From positions 23,064,001 through 23,128,000 of the forward strand of contig OX597831.1 of NCBI GenBank assembly GCA_951406725.2: 64,000 nucleotides of DNA, in the 5' to 3' direction. Position numbers and translations under genes: made by a program. Numbering within the stretch: the stretch's first letter is position 1; each line of letters opens with the position of its first letter. The notes under the pieces were generated by a model, which saw only the letters and a list, made by a program, of their open reading frames with translations, was not told where the DNA came from and searched no databases. Positions 38,678 through 51,402 of the stretch are shown piece by piece. This DNA is from Octopus vulgaris. Taxonomy: Eukaryota.

Positions 38678-40429
38678 GGTTAGAGACTGGAAGGAATAGA
38701 ATTTGAATTCAAAGAGCTGAAAGATAGAGGGCAAATTCTCGTATCTGACACTCTGAGTCTGCCAATCCACATGTGTCCTCCACCACTACCGCCACCACCA
38801 CCACCACCACCACTTGACTGCTACTTTATTTACATCAGAAAGAGGAAAGGCATTGTTAAACTTGGTGAGATTTGAACTGTGGATTCAAAAAGCCATGGAA
38901 GGCCCTCCCACACTCACACACACACACACATTAATACCGAATCAAATGCTCTAATAACTGCCAATCCACTCTCTTATTTCTATTTGATCTCGCCCATTAC
39001 ATAAATATTACAAATTCTATACATATATTCCTCTTGTAGAAAAACCATTCCTCTTGTATACAAACAATTATGCTAAAGTACATTACTCACATGAGACTAC
39101 CCCCACCACCACCACCACTACTTCCACCCCTTCCACCATGATTAATGCCACACCTTACCATTTCACCATTCCTTATATATTTTAGATCTTTCGCTCCTGA
39201 AATTATCAACCCGTATTATTTTCCTTTTCTTTTTTTTTATATATTTTTTTCTTTTTTACATCTGTAACTCTAAAAATACCCTTCCACATTCCAGCTAAAT
39301 ATTTTCATTTATACCCCTATGCTACCCCCATCTCACACTCATTCTTTACCAGCTTCTCACATAACACCCAACTATCACTTGCCACTCTATTAGCACAGAT
39401 GTAAACACAGACAGCAACCCCCAGGGGACTTATATGCTAAAACAACCCACTCATAATTGGAATACATCTTTTTAAGCTTAGAAACATATACCTCCTTCCA
39501 ACATTTAATTAATTTGATGATAACTACCTTTTAATTGCAATTATTTTGAATGGTTTAACCAGGATTCAGATTTATTTCTAGATCATCCACTTCAAATTGG
39601 TAACATATTCTTCATCAGTCAATGCGATTTATTACCAATTCCTTTAATTAACACTTTCAAAATTATTAACACTCATCTCAATCTGGAAAACATCATCCTA
39701 CATTTCCACAAAGTGGATCCTTATATCAATTTAAAATTCATTAAGTTATTAATTAATATTATAGTCACTTTCAGGTGGTTACCTGGCAGAATTGTTAGCA
39801 TGCCAAACAAAATGCTAAGTAATACATTCTTGGTTCAAACTCTGCCGAGGTTGACTTTGCCTTTCATCCTATCATGATTGTTGCTAAGGTAGAGGTATTG
39901 TTTGTTTGTCCGCTCTCACAAGCGAGAATGCTAAACATGAACCCAACCATGCTTGAAAATTAAGTAAAAAAAAACCCAAGAAAAATAATCCAGAATCTTT
40001 GTCCCATACCAGATCGATCCCAGAATCTAATCAGTTCGTTCCAGTCATGAGGCCAAACATCCCTGAAAATTTCATCCGAATCTATCCAGCAAAAGAAATT
40101 AAATATAAACTAAAGTGGGAGATAATAAGAAAAATCAAATTGTATAGAATTGGGAATAGACTATGGTTGTTGTGTACCCTTGTTAGCCCTGCAAGCTGCA
40201 TGCAAACACCTCAATAGTGTGGGTGATAAGTGGCACATACAAAAGCACCCAGTCCATGCTCTAAAACAATGTGGTTGGTATCCATGCTCTAAAATAATGC
40301 GGTTAATGTTAGGAAGGGCTTCCAGTTGCAAAAACCATATCAAAGCAACATTAGAACACAATGCAGTCCTTGGACACATCGATTCCTGTCAAACTGTCCA
40401 ACCCATGGCTGAATAGAACAGGATGTTGG

Positions 40430-41221
40430 CGCTTTAGTATTCACATTAATCTGTCAAATGTAATGCTTATTTATTTACATTGTTTTGAATTAATCATGCA
40501 TACCTCATTGCTTCAAGATTTCCATGATGTGATTGTATTGGGTTGTCCAGAAAGTTCGTGCCGATTTATAGTAGCTTATATTTCGACTTATGTTAGAACA
40601 TGTTTGAGTCCATAAAATAGGATTTGACTACACCTCCATTTAGAGTACAGTTTAAGCTATCTTTTCGTGGAAGAAGGTTTATGTTCCTATAATCTGTGTT
40701 AATTCTGTAACCCTTTAGAATGGAAGACAAGAAAGTTCCTTTCCGGTACTTGATGCTTTGGGAACCAGACAAAAATTGCTGCAGCTCGACTGGGATGTGT
40801 TACCCCACCCTCCATGTTCACCAGATATTGCTCCTTCAGATTTCCACTTATTCAGATCTCTGCAGAATAGACTTAATGGTAAAAATTTCAATTCCTTGGA
40901 TGATGTAAAAAGATACCTTGATGAATTCTTTGCCATGAAACCACCTCAATTCTGGGAAGAGGGTATTTTCAACTTAAAGGAAAGATGGAGACGCATTGTG
41001 CAACAAAATGGTTCATATTTGGTTGATTAAAAATGTAATGGCAAAGTATTTATTGACCTTTTTCTTTCCTTTAAAAATCGGCACGAACTTTCCGGACGCC
41101 CCAATATGTTCTTAAAATGGCATTGTGGAGTAGTTGTGAGAAGCTGGATATGGCTGGCTTGATTATAAAGCAGATAGCATATTTGGACCAGATATGGCCG
41201 GTTTGAATGCACAAGGGTTAA
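40430..41221. mobile_element. MITE ending ...AAGGGTTAA (piggyBac-like terminus), split by the mariner insertion
   Basis: Its halves 40430-40537 and 41107-41221 are colinear with copies at ~45318-45490 and ~60565-60733. Confidence 0.6.
40538..41104 (+). mobile_element. Internally deleted mariner transposon
   Basis: ~30-bp TIRs TTGGGTTGTCCAGAAAGTTCGTGCCGATTT / AAATCGGCACGAACTTTCCGGACGCCCCAA with TA on both sides. Transposase C-terminus WDVLPHPPCSPDIAPSDFHLF...RWRRIVQQNGSY (40758-41030). Confidence 0.95.
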
Positions 41222-41577
41222 ATGCCACCACTACTGAGGATGACGATGTCAATGACAACAACAATGATGACGATACACACACGTGATGTGAAGGCATGTG
41301 GTGTTGTGATAAGGATGTTATAAATAGGCCTGAATGTATCTTTTTATTGTCTCTCGTCAATGCTGAGAGGCAGTGTTCAGCTAACATATTTACATTTTAT
41401 GTAAATGTCAAAATAAAACAAAGATAAGTTTTATAATTCAATAATTCTGTAATTTAAAATAAAAATAAATGTTGGCTGCTTGAATGAATGGTAATGGGTA
41501 TCTTGGAGTAAACAATAGCAAAGATTTTCAAATTTTAACTGTTATTGTTATCATAAATATATACATACTTTACATAC

Positions 41578-41622
<45 letters not shown>

Positions 41623-41639
41623 AATATATTTATACATAC

Positions 41640-41704
<65 letters not shown>

Positions 41705-41708
41705 CATA

Positions 41709-41786
<78 letters not shown>

Positions 41787-42425
41787 AATTTGTAATATAT
41801 AAGCATATGCAAATACACATATATGTGCATGAGAATATGTGCATACATGCATATATACATACATACATATATATATACGCATGTACGTCTGCTTATGCTA
41901 TTGTGCACATATACATTTAAATAGATGGCCAGATAAGAAGTTTGTTCTTTATATAACTATGTGATTTAAAAGATTAAGGGAACATAACATACACTGGATC
42001 AGACATTAAGAAGAAAATCAAAAATTATGAAGTATGATATATTTGCTTAATGGAATATAATGTGAAAAATTTCCCAGAGTTCTTAGAAGTAGAGAATGGT
42101 AAGATTATATTAGAATATTTAAAGTACATGACGTATAATGTTTAAACACACACACACACACACACATACATAGATATACGCTTATGTTTATAAACATATA
42201 TATGCATATAAGTAAATTTATACGTGTTTATGCACACACATATATGCATAAACATACATGTGCTTATATATGTAAATATAGATATGTTTATATGCACATA
42301 TTCATAACAATTATATGTTTATGCAATTTTGGATGCATATACAAAAATATACATATATTTATGCACACACATACATATTTGTGCACTAACATAAATCTAT
42401 ACATATGATAATGCACATACATACA

Positions 42426-42636
42426 CTCTTTACTCTTTTACTTGTTTCAGTCATTTGACTGCGGCCATGCTGGAGCACCACCTTTAGTCGAGCAAATCAA
42501 CCCCAGGACTTATTCTTTGGAAGCTTAGTACTTATTCTATCGGTCTCTTTTGCTGAACTGCCAAGTTATGGGGACGTAAACACACCAGCATCGGTTGTCA
42601 AGTGATGTTGGAGGACAAAGACACCAAACATATATA

Positions 42637-42690
<54 letters not shown>

Positions 42691-42880
42691 GATAGATAGA
42701 TAGATATACATATATACGACGGCTTCTTTCAGTTTTCGTCTACCAAATCCACTCACAAGGCTTTGGTCAGCTGGAGGCTATAGTAGAAGGCACTTGCCCA
42801 AGGTGCCACGCAGTGGCAATGAACCCGGAACCATGTGGTTGGTAAGCATGCTACTTACCACACAGCTGCACCTGCACCTA
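42426..42880 (-). mobile_element. SINE family A
   Basis: Full-length match. Confidence 0.9.
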
Positions 42881-42884
42881 TTTA

Positions 42885-43048
42885 TATTTAATAATAGTTT
42901 GACTTAACTCCACATTACTAAACGTTTGGTATGCTTGTAGGAGGCATCCACCTCGTTATATGTTTCTTGACAACTGAGGAGGTGGTGCCAAAACCTGCAT
43001 GTCCACCAAATTTTAAGTGCTGTGGAAATGTGTGACGATTATCAAATA
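42885..43048. repeat. Degenerate inverted repeat (~70-bp arms)
   Basis: TCCACA..TTTGGT..TGTAGG..GGCATCCACCTC pairs with GAGGTGGTGCC..CCTGCA..ACCAAA..TGTGGA. Confidence 0.6.
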
Positions 43049-43116
43049 GATTTTAATTTCAAGGAGATGTGTTGAGTGATATTTTCTTGGGCTTGTTTGC
43101 TCTCTTCAAAGTACAT

Positions 43117-43419
43117 TTTTTTTTTCCGACCAGGCTATCAGATGTTGTTACACATCGCTGATCACAATGCGCTTCACATTGTTTTAGCCTTCAAATAACG
43201 CCACCCCGCTGGCTAAGCGAGCAGGCCAACAGAAGAAAGAGTGAGAGAAAGTTGTGGCGAAAGAGTACAGCAGGGATTGCCACCACCCCCTGCCGGAGCC
43301 TCGTGGAGTTTTGGGTGAATTCGCTCAATAAACACACACAACGCCCGGTCTGGGAATCGAAACCGCGATCCTACGACCGCGAGTCCGCTGCCCTAACCAC
43401 TGGGCCATTGCGCCTCCAC
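43117..43419 (-). mobile_element. SINE family C with poly(A) tail and 11-bp TSD
   Basis: TSD TCAAAGTACAT at 43106-43116 and 43420-43430. Confidence 0.92.
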
Positions 43420-43864
43420 TCAAAGTACATATATACCGTATTTTCTGGTATATAAGCCAATGTAATATATATTGTAAATATGAAGCGTAAACATTCAAAT
43501 ATTGTAACCATCATTTCAAATCCTGCAGCATTTCAAATGGAATTCTTGGTCCCCTAAAGTTACCTTGGTGTATAAGTTGGCCTCCCTTCGTTTTTTTGGT
43601 AATGACTTTTGACCTGAAAACATTGATTTGTATCTTTTCTTTTATTTGTTTCAGTCATTAGACTGCGACCATGCTGGGGCACCATCTTGAAGAATTTTTA
43701 GTCAAAGAAATTGACCCCATTAAATTTTTTTTTTTTTGGCCTGGTGATTATTCTGTCAGTCACTTTTGCTGAAGTGCTAAGTTATGGGGATACAAACACA
43801 CTAACACCAAGTGGTGCTGGGGGTAAAATCACAGACAAGATACACATATATATATATATATATA

Positions 43865-44240
43865 CTAGCAGTATTGCCCGGCGTTGCTCGGGTTTGTAAG
43901 GGAAATAACTATAAAGCATTTTTAGAGAGTTATAGCCAAAAAAATGGAAAAAAAATTATGGTAAATTTTTTTTTGAGAGTTAAAACGGTCGAGTTGCGTC
44001 CCCTAGACAGTCTGTGGTTTGTGTTTCTGATTCTCGACCCCATGTCGAATTTATCGATTTTTTTTCCGAACTGGGGGAGCTTTTCAAAATTTTCTCTGCG
44101 TTAGTTTTGAATTATGACATTGGGCTATGTGTGTGTTAAGTTTCATCAGAATCGGTTGAAAGCCGTGGTCAGGGTGAGGGTACAAGCTAACAGACACACA
44201 GAAACACACAGAGACAAACTGCCGTTTATATAGAGAGAGA
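43865..44240 (-). mobile_element. Non-autonomous Helitron-like element nested in the (TA)n tract of a family A SINE (~43633-44375)
   Basis: Plus strand CTAGCAGTATTGCCCGGCGTTGCTCGGGTTTG ... TTTATATAGAGAGAGA. Confidence 0.78.
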
Positions 44241-44790
44241 TACACATATGTATATACGACGTTAACCAAATCCCCTCACATGGTTTTGGTCAACCTGAGG
44301 CTATAACAGAAGACACATGCCCAAGATGCCACGCAGTGGGACTGAACTTGATACCATGTGGTTGTAAAGCAAACTTGTGAGTGTGTTTGTGTGTGTGAGT
44401 AAGTGGAAGTGTGTAAATGGTATCTTCTTGCCTTGATATCGTGTACATGTCATAAGTGAATGCCACTCCTTTCCAATGTTATGCAAAAACATGTCTAGCT
44501 AAGAGGGAATATCACCTTGTTTGGAAACCGGTGAGAGTTAGTAGCAGGATGAGAATTCAGTTGAAGAAAATCTACCTAAAAAATTCCATCTGACCCATAC
44601 AAACATGGAAAAGTGGACGTTAATATAACGAAGGTGATGTGCGGTTACAAATTTGCTTCTCAACCACATGGTTCTCGGTTCAGTTGCACATCATGTCAGC
44701 TTCAACAAGTGTCTTCTGCTATAGCCCTAGCCTGAATAAAGCTGTGGGAATAGATCTGGAAGATGAAAACTGAAAGAAACCTGTTGTATA

Positions 44791-44821
<31 letters not shown>

Positions 44822-45492
44822 GTGCATGTGTGTGTGAGTGCGTGTGTGTGTGCATGTGTGAGTGTGCTTGTGGCTGTGTGAACGTATGTGCATGTTGTGT
44901 GTGTGTGTGTGTATATGTGTGGCCTTTGTACAGATTCTGTCAACTAAGTTTACTCATGAGGCAATGTTACATTGGTTAGAGAAGGTCTATAGTGTACAAC
45001 ACTGGCCTCGAGTGTCATGCAATGGGATTGAACCTGAAGCTATGCATTGAGAAACGAACATCTTAGCCACACATCCATGTTTGTGTAAACTTTGGTGTTT
45101 ACATCATCAATATTTTAAGGCAATCACCCATCTAAGGACCCCTAAGGGCCAACATACCTGAACTTAGTGAATGGATGGAAACTGATGCTTTCCACATGAT
45201 ATGGCTTTAAGATTATTGTCTAGAAAATAATCCAGGGTGGGCATGATGGAAGTACCTTTCACTGTGGGTTGGCTGAAGAATGACTTCAATGACATCAATA
45301 CCAATGGGAAATCCTTTGACCTTTTAGCATTCAGATTACTCTGTCAAATGTAATGCTTATTTATTTGTTTCGTTTTGAATTAATCATGTATTACATCATA
45401 GCTTTGAGATTTTGATGATGTGTTTGACATTGCAGGGTAGGTGAGAAAAGTTGGATCTATATGGTTGGATCATAAAGCCAGTAGAATATTGT

Positions 45493-46110
45493 AGGTGGCA
45501 AGCTGGCAGAATCGTTAGCACGCCAGGCAAAATGCTTAGCAGCATTTCATTCGTCTTTATGTTCTGGTTTCAAACTCTGCAGAGGCCGACTTTGCTTTTC
45601 ATCCTTTCGGGGTCGAGGAAATAAGTACCAACTGAATACTGGGGTTGATGTAATTGATTTACCCTTCCCCTAAAAGTTGGGCTACAGCAAATATTCTGCT
45701 CAATACAACAGATTTGCTTGTCATTTGCTTGACCTTAACCAGTCAAGTAATTCTGTTACTGGCTGATGATATTTGCATCTTTTATCACGAACAGGAATAT
45801 TGGCGGGGCATCATAGACATTTGTTGAGAAGAATTCTTTGGAGTTTGAATAATTCACCTCTGGGAACATGGGTGTTTCATTCATCATCCTTACTTAGGAA
45901 CCTTTTGAGTGGGATGTGCTAACTCAACCTGATGAAAATTTTAATCGAGTCCCACCTTTAAGGTCATGCACTGATTATCTTGATGTAAGATCACGATGTC
46001 ATGCACAGATGGTGTACCCTTATCAGATGTGTAGTCATGATGTGTATATTGGGCATAGTATATTTGTACCCTAGTGTCACTTTGATGTCATGTACTGCTC
46101 TCTCAGTCAG
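45493..46110 (+). mobile_element. SINE family B head joined to the family E body, (AAT)n tail
   Basis: B head and body at 45493-45680, directly followed by GCTACAGCAAAT... (family E). Confidence 0.75.
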
Positions 46111-46183
46111 TAATAATAATAATAACAATGATAATGATAATGATCAAAATATATCGACATAAATCAATGTGAGAAATAAAAGA

Positions 46184-46244
<61 letters not shown>

Positions 46245-46270
46245 TTAACATAAATACAACTCTTAAGTTC

Positions 46271-46550
46271 AAAATAGCCCGGCTATGGAAAATGAAGAAG
46301 GTGAAGATAGTGTCAATTATTGTTGGATCCTTGGGAACAGTTTCAGAGGGCATCAAGAGGAATATAAAGGAAACTGGAATATTGGGCCCAGCAGAAATGT
46401 TACAAAAGGCTTGCCACCTTGGCACAGCCAGAATAATCTGGAAAATATTAGATAGCTGAAAAGAATGGATAGCTTGGCTGCAGGTAGTAAGCCTGCTGCA
46501 CATGCAAGACTCCAGGAGTTCCAATAAAACTTGTGTTAAAAAGAAATAAA
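46271..46550 (+). mobile_element. R4/Dong-clade retrotransposon 3' end (RLE endonuclease C-terminus + 3' UTR)
   Basis: KIARLWKMKKVKIVSIIVGSLG...MLQKACHLGTARIIWKILDS*. Embedded between (AAT)n tracts. Confidence 0.8.
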
Positions 46551-47039
46551 ATGATAATGATAATAATGATAAGGGGGCTATAGTTATATATATGGAAAGA
46601 TAAAATTCAGTTTTTGAATTCAGAATTATAAACATGTTCATAATATTGATATTAAGAAAACTAGCCTTGTGTCAAAATTTGAAACAATATTAATCTTCAG
46701 AAAGTAAGTGAGGGAAATTATTTAATCACCATAGAGTAAAACTATCATATTCATCCACCAAAAATTTGACTGAAATTTGACCTTTTCCAAAGGTAAAATT
46801 AGACAGTATCTCAACTCAAAATTAGCAAAATGAGTAAAATCAATAATGTGAATTATGGAATTAATTCTAATAATAATTTTCCTGAACTAGATTTTGATAC
46901 TTTAGGTAAAAATAATTCTGACTCTGAAATTGATACCTTTAAGGTAACACCTAGTAATAATATTGATTATAATACTGCTAATGATATCCTGCTTTAACAC
47001 CTACTTGTGAGAAGAGAAGGAAAAATAATTCCTGTAAAC

Positions 47040-47497
47040 ATGAGTACCTCATACAAGAGAATAAATGTCTTTGTAGTTTCAAAAGCAAATTTATCTGTAC
47101 TTTAGAAAAAGTGTATTTAAGGAAGAATATATTGCATCGATTTAAGGTCATTACAGGGGATCAGATGTATTGTTACATAATTTTACTATCACAATTTGGA
47201 AAGCTTAGATTACATAACCATTCTTCTTCATTTAATTTTAGAAGAAAATATAATTCTATAAATCTAAGTAAATGTATTTGGGATTTAAAAGACAGGAATA
47301 ATAGCTTTAACATAAAATGGTCCATTATTAGTTATGCCCCATCATTCAATACTGGTAATTTTAAATGTGGTCTTTGCCTTGAGGAAATGTATTATGTAAT
47401 TACTTCTAAATTAGAATTATTGAATGGTACAAATAATTTTACATTGAAATATTCTCATAAGTATAGAAAAACATTTAAATATTCCAATAATAAATAA
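47040..47497 (+). pseudogene. Penelope-like element GIY-YIG endonuclease remnant
   Basis: KLRLHNHSSSF...NSINLSKCIWDLK...IKWSII...CGLCLEE...LLN, the typical Neptune-type PLE C-terminus. The GIY/YIG motifs themselves are degenerate. Confidence 0.8.
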
Positions 47498-47980
47498 CCC
47501 ATTAATTGTAATTGCTTTTCCTATAATCTAATATGCATAATTTTTCTAAAACATTTTTAGCAGATTTAATAGATAGATAATTGTTGTGACTTAGAATTTC
47601 TATGTTTTAGTTTTTATTCTTTCATTATCTACTGACGTCATCAAAAGTTAAATACTAAACTGGCTCTTCTTAGAATATCATATTTCTTCTTAACATTCTT
47701 TTTGTATGTGTTCGTCTATTGGAAATATTTTCTCAGTTCACTTTGAATTTAACCCATTTTTTGATTGTCTTGATAATGCTGCGTTAGCATATATTTTTGG
47801 ATATATTAATTTGAATGGGATTTTATACCATTTTCCTGCATCTAAATATGCTAGCAAAATAGAAATAATCATTGGTAATATACAGTATTACCATCAATTA
47901 AAGATGTAGTTTTCTCCATTTTTGTTCTAGTTGCCTTATATATATATACAATAATAATAATAATAATAATAATAATAGGG

Positions 47981-48094
47981 AACCTGAAGAGTGTCTATAT
48001 TTTTTAAATGAATTGATTTTAAATTGAATCAATTTTAATAGTATCGATTTTATTATTATCGATTTAAAGATATAGTCATGAAACATGCGTAGTC
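47981..48094 (+). ncRNA. Type I hammerhead ribozyme motif (PLE pLTR-type)
   Basis: CUGAAGA (47984-47990), long stem II GUGUCUAUAUUUUUUAAAU/AUUUAAAGAUAUAGUCAU, GAAA (48080-48083), C-AUGC-G stem III, GUA site at 48089-48091, weak stem I AC/GU. Confidence 0.7.
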
Positions 48095-48283
48095 AATTTA
48101 ATGTTTATTTAATTTAGTGATTTTTTAAAATAATATTTATTATAGTATATTTAAATTCTTCTATATGATATAGATAAAGTCTTTCACTATTGAATTACTT
48201 AATAGAGGTTATTTCTCTTAATTATATACATATTTATAGATATATATATCTCCAAATTTAGGGAATGGAGCAGGTAAAAATCC

Positions 48284-48368
48284 AGGCTACATATGTTTCC
48301 TAGCTAGCAGAATCTCGGTAGAAGTAATAACCCAAACTAGTGGTACTCCACTAGCTACTCATCAGGCT
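48284..48368 (-). ncRNA. Type I hammerhead ribozyme motif
   Basis: Minus strand GC-CUGAUGA-GUAGCUAGUGGAG...UUCUGCUAGCUAG-GAAAC-AUAU-GUA-GCCU. Palindromic ACAUAUGU stem III. Confidence 0.72.
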
Positions 48369-48577
48369 AAAGACACCTTCGTCAAATGAAGGTTACATTG
48401 TCATAAAGGAAGCCTAAGATAACTCAGAGGAGATTTGATCATAAATGAATGGAAAGCATTTTTGATCAAATATCCTGCAAGTTAACTTGGGATCCCTTGA
48501 TGACAATATAAACTTCATTTGAATGAGGTATCTTAGGCCTGATGAATAGCTTGCAGAGTACTGCTCGTTTGGGTAAT
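48327..48577. repeat. Gap-free imperfect inverted repeat (~120-bp arms)
   Basis: ACCCAAAC..TCATCAGGC..TCAAATGAAG..ATTGTCAT..ATTTGATCA pairs with TGATCAAAT..ATGACAAT..CTTCATTTGA..GCCTGATGA..GTTTGGGT. Confidence 0.9.
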
Positions 48578-48764
48578 ATATATGTATATGTATGTATGAT
48601 AAGCATCATTCTCTTTCTGTCTACCAAATCCACTCACAGGGGTTTGGTTGGACTGAGGTTATAGAAGACACTTTCCCAATGTGCCATGCAGTGGGACTGA
48701 ACCCGGAACCATGTAGTTGAGAAGCAAGCTTCTTACCACACAGGAATGCCTGCTTAAAATTGTT

Positions 48765-49065
48765 GTTTGTTCCTTCTTGAGCCATGCCTGGCTCATAGGG
48801 CCGGTTTCCCAGTTTCCTTGGCGTATAGGTTCCCCACCTGGACAGGACGCCGGTCCATTGCAGGTGAGCTGCAAGATACAGGAGGAAAGAGTGAGAGAAA
48901 TTTGTAGCGAAAGAGTCAGCAGAAGTTCGCCATTACCTTCTGCCGGAGCTGCGTGGAGCTTAGGTGTTTCGCTCATAAACACACACATCGCTCGGTCTGA
49001 GATTCGAACCCACAATCCCTCAACCACGAGTCCACCGCTCTAACCCCTAGGCCATGTTCCTCCAC
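48765..49065 (-). mobile_element. SINE with C-type head/body and F-type tail
   Basis: The head matches 43117-43419. The tail GGCTCATAGGGCC...CTGGACAGGACGCCGGTCCAT matches 1285-1350. Confidence 0.75.
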
Positions 49066-51019
49066 CCTGCTTAAAATAGTAGCTAAATATTCATGCCACA
49101 CCATATCATATTCATAAAGGAAAGACACATTATATAATTTAGCCTTAGATACACCATTCCCAGAAAAATAAGATAGGGTGGTCACGGGCGTTTGTATATC
49201 TTTTAGATCATAACTTGATTTGAGAGTTTATGACAGCAACATGAATGACATCAATAACAACATGACCAACTCAACTGATTGATGAAATGTAGGCTAAGAT
49301 ACGAAATGTCTAGAAATGGTAAAAAAAAATGTGATGGTCATGGCATGAATGTCTTTTGTCACAAGTTTGTTTGATTAGAGCTTAACTGAGGCTACTGCTG
49401 ACCACCAGCACCAGCACCACCAGCACCACTAGTACCACCACCACCACCACCACAGCCACCACCAAGAAATGGAAATGACCAAGAATTTCTTGACTCCGTT
49501 TTTGTTAATTTAAGCTTCAAACAAACGCAATACATAGTTTGACATTAAAGCATCATTTACAGAATTCCTTTTGCTTCTAAGAGTTTTCAGATTTTGGTGT
49601 TGGATTTATTCTCCCTTTCGTTTCTAGAAGACATGCACACACATGCAAATGCATGCACACCACATACATTCAGACGCACATGTTATTCATCCTTGCTAAG
49701 TGGATTAAAGCTTCTCTTTTTGTGTTTAATGAAACAAGCTTTGGAAACCCTGCGACTTTATTCTCATCATGCATGCTTGACTGTTAGGTGTGGTGGAACT
49801 CTGTTTGGTATAGGACGCGAGGAATGAAATGGAAAAAGGAAAATGGGAAGGAAGACAATGGTGGTGGTGGTGGTGGTGGTGGTGGTGCGGGTGGGTGATG
49901 GTGATGGTGATGGTGATGATGATGTGGAGGAGGTGGAGAAGGAGGAAGGAGTTGCAAAGATGAAGAAAATGAAGGGAGATGATGATGATGATGATATGGA
50001 AGGGAGAAGGAGGAGGAGGAGGAGGAAATGGAGAAGAAATGTGGGAAAATGAGAAGAAATGAAGAACTGGAGAAGAAAGGAGGAAATGAAAGAGAATAAG
50101 AAGAAAAAGAAATAGAAGAAGAAGAGAAAAAGAAGTAGAAAACAAAAAGAAATAAAGAACAGTATGGAGAAATAAAGATGACATGAGAAAGAAATGAAAA
50201 ACAAGAACCATGAAAACAAGTGAGAAAGAAGAAAAGAAAATAAGAAAAAAATGATGAAAGTGAAGAAGAAAAGGAAGATGAAAGTGCAAAGGAGAAAGAA
50301 GACAAAAGTGAAGAGGATAAAAAAAAAAAGTGATGTAGATGCAATTGAAGCCTGGCAAGATGGTAACGGGGGTTGCGGTGTGCAAGGTGCTGGCTGGAGT
50401 TGGTGGAATGAAGAAATGGCAGCAGGTCGAAAGGTGTGAGCAAGGTTGACAGTATTGATCCCAATGAAAGGTCACTTGATCGTTCCATGAATTGTAACGA
50501 GTTGTTTGTGAGAAATTGCTGTTGCCTTAATTGAGAGAATGAGCAATAAAAACCACGCTAATAACGGCAATGAACAAGCAGCAAAGATTTAATGATTGCC
50601 AGTGTGCATCTTGTGCATGTGTGCATGCGTATCTGTCTTTGGTAAGGTGCTCCGCTTCTCAGCTACGTGATTCTGGGTTCAGTGGCACTGCATGGCACCT
50701 TGGGCAAGTACCTTTTGCTATACCACTGGGTGGGCCATCGCCTCTAGCTAGCCATATGACACACGAACTTGTGTCCATTATAAACTTTGAACAGGGGAGG
50801 TCAGCTGCTTCCCCTTGCTGGTCAGGCATTTGCCCTTTATTAATGTAGAGTAGCCAAACCCAGCTTGCATTGCTACTGACCATCTGTTTGAAGGATTATT
50901 TACCTAATTTCAGTAGAATACATCCACTGGTTTTCAAAATTAGATGGTCTCTTGGAGATAATCAATGGCAGCTTTTGTCCTCTATTCATGGACTGCCATA
51001 TTAGCTTGGCGATGACTGT

Positions 51020-51232
51020 TAGGCTGGTCCAAAAGTAGGTTTACAGTTATTCAACTATCTCTTTCGCATTCATATGTTAACAGTTTAGATCTTAATCATA
51101 ACAAAAAATATGAAACCATTATTCTGTGCTAATTTAGTTAATTGTAAGATAGAAATTTAAATGAAATAAAATATTTTAAAGAAATTTAAAGTACCTTCAT
51201 GATAACTGTAAGCCTACTTTTGGGCCAACTTA
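51020..51232. mobile_element. Tc1/mariner/pogo-type MITE
   Basis: ~31-bp TIRs TAGGCTGGTCCAAAAGTAGGTTTACAGTTAT / ATAACTGTAAGCCTACTTTTGGGCCAACTTA. Confidence 0.8.
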
Positions 51233-51402
51233 CGTATATATATATATATATACATATAAGTGTGTCTGTGTGTGTGTGAAGGTGCATGTGATAATGATTA
51301 GGATGTTTGGCTCGTAATTACAGGGTTGCGGGTTTCACTTTGGACTCGGTGGTACATTGTATTCTTGAACAAGACACTTCATTTTACATTGTTTTGCTCC
51401 AT

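Noticed and set aside
49726-50488. 234-249-aa ORFs rich in F/S/L/H
   Set aside because: They come from a purine-rich low-complexity (GAA/GGA/GAT) tract.
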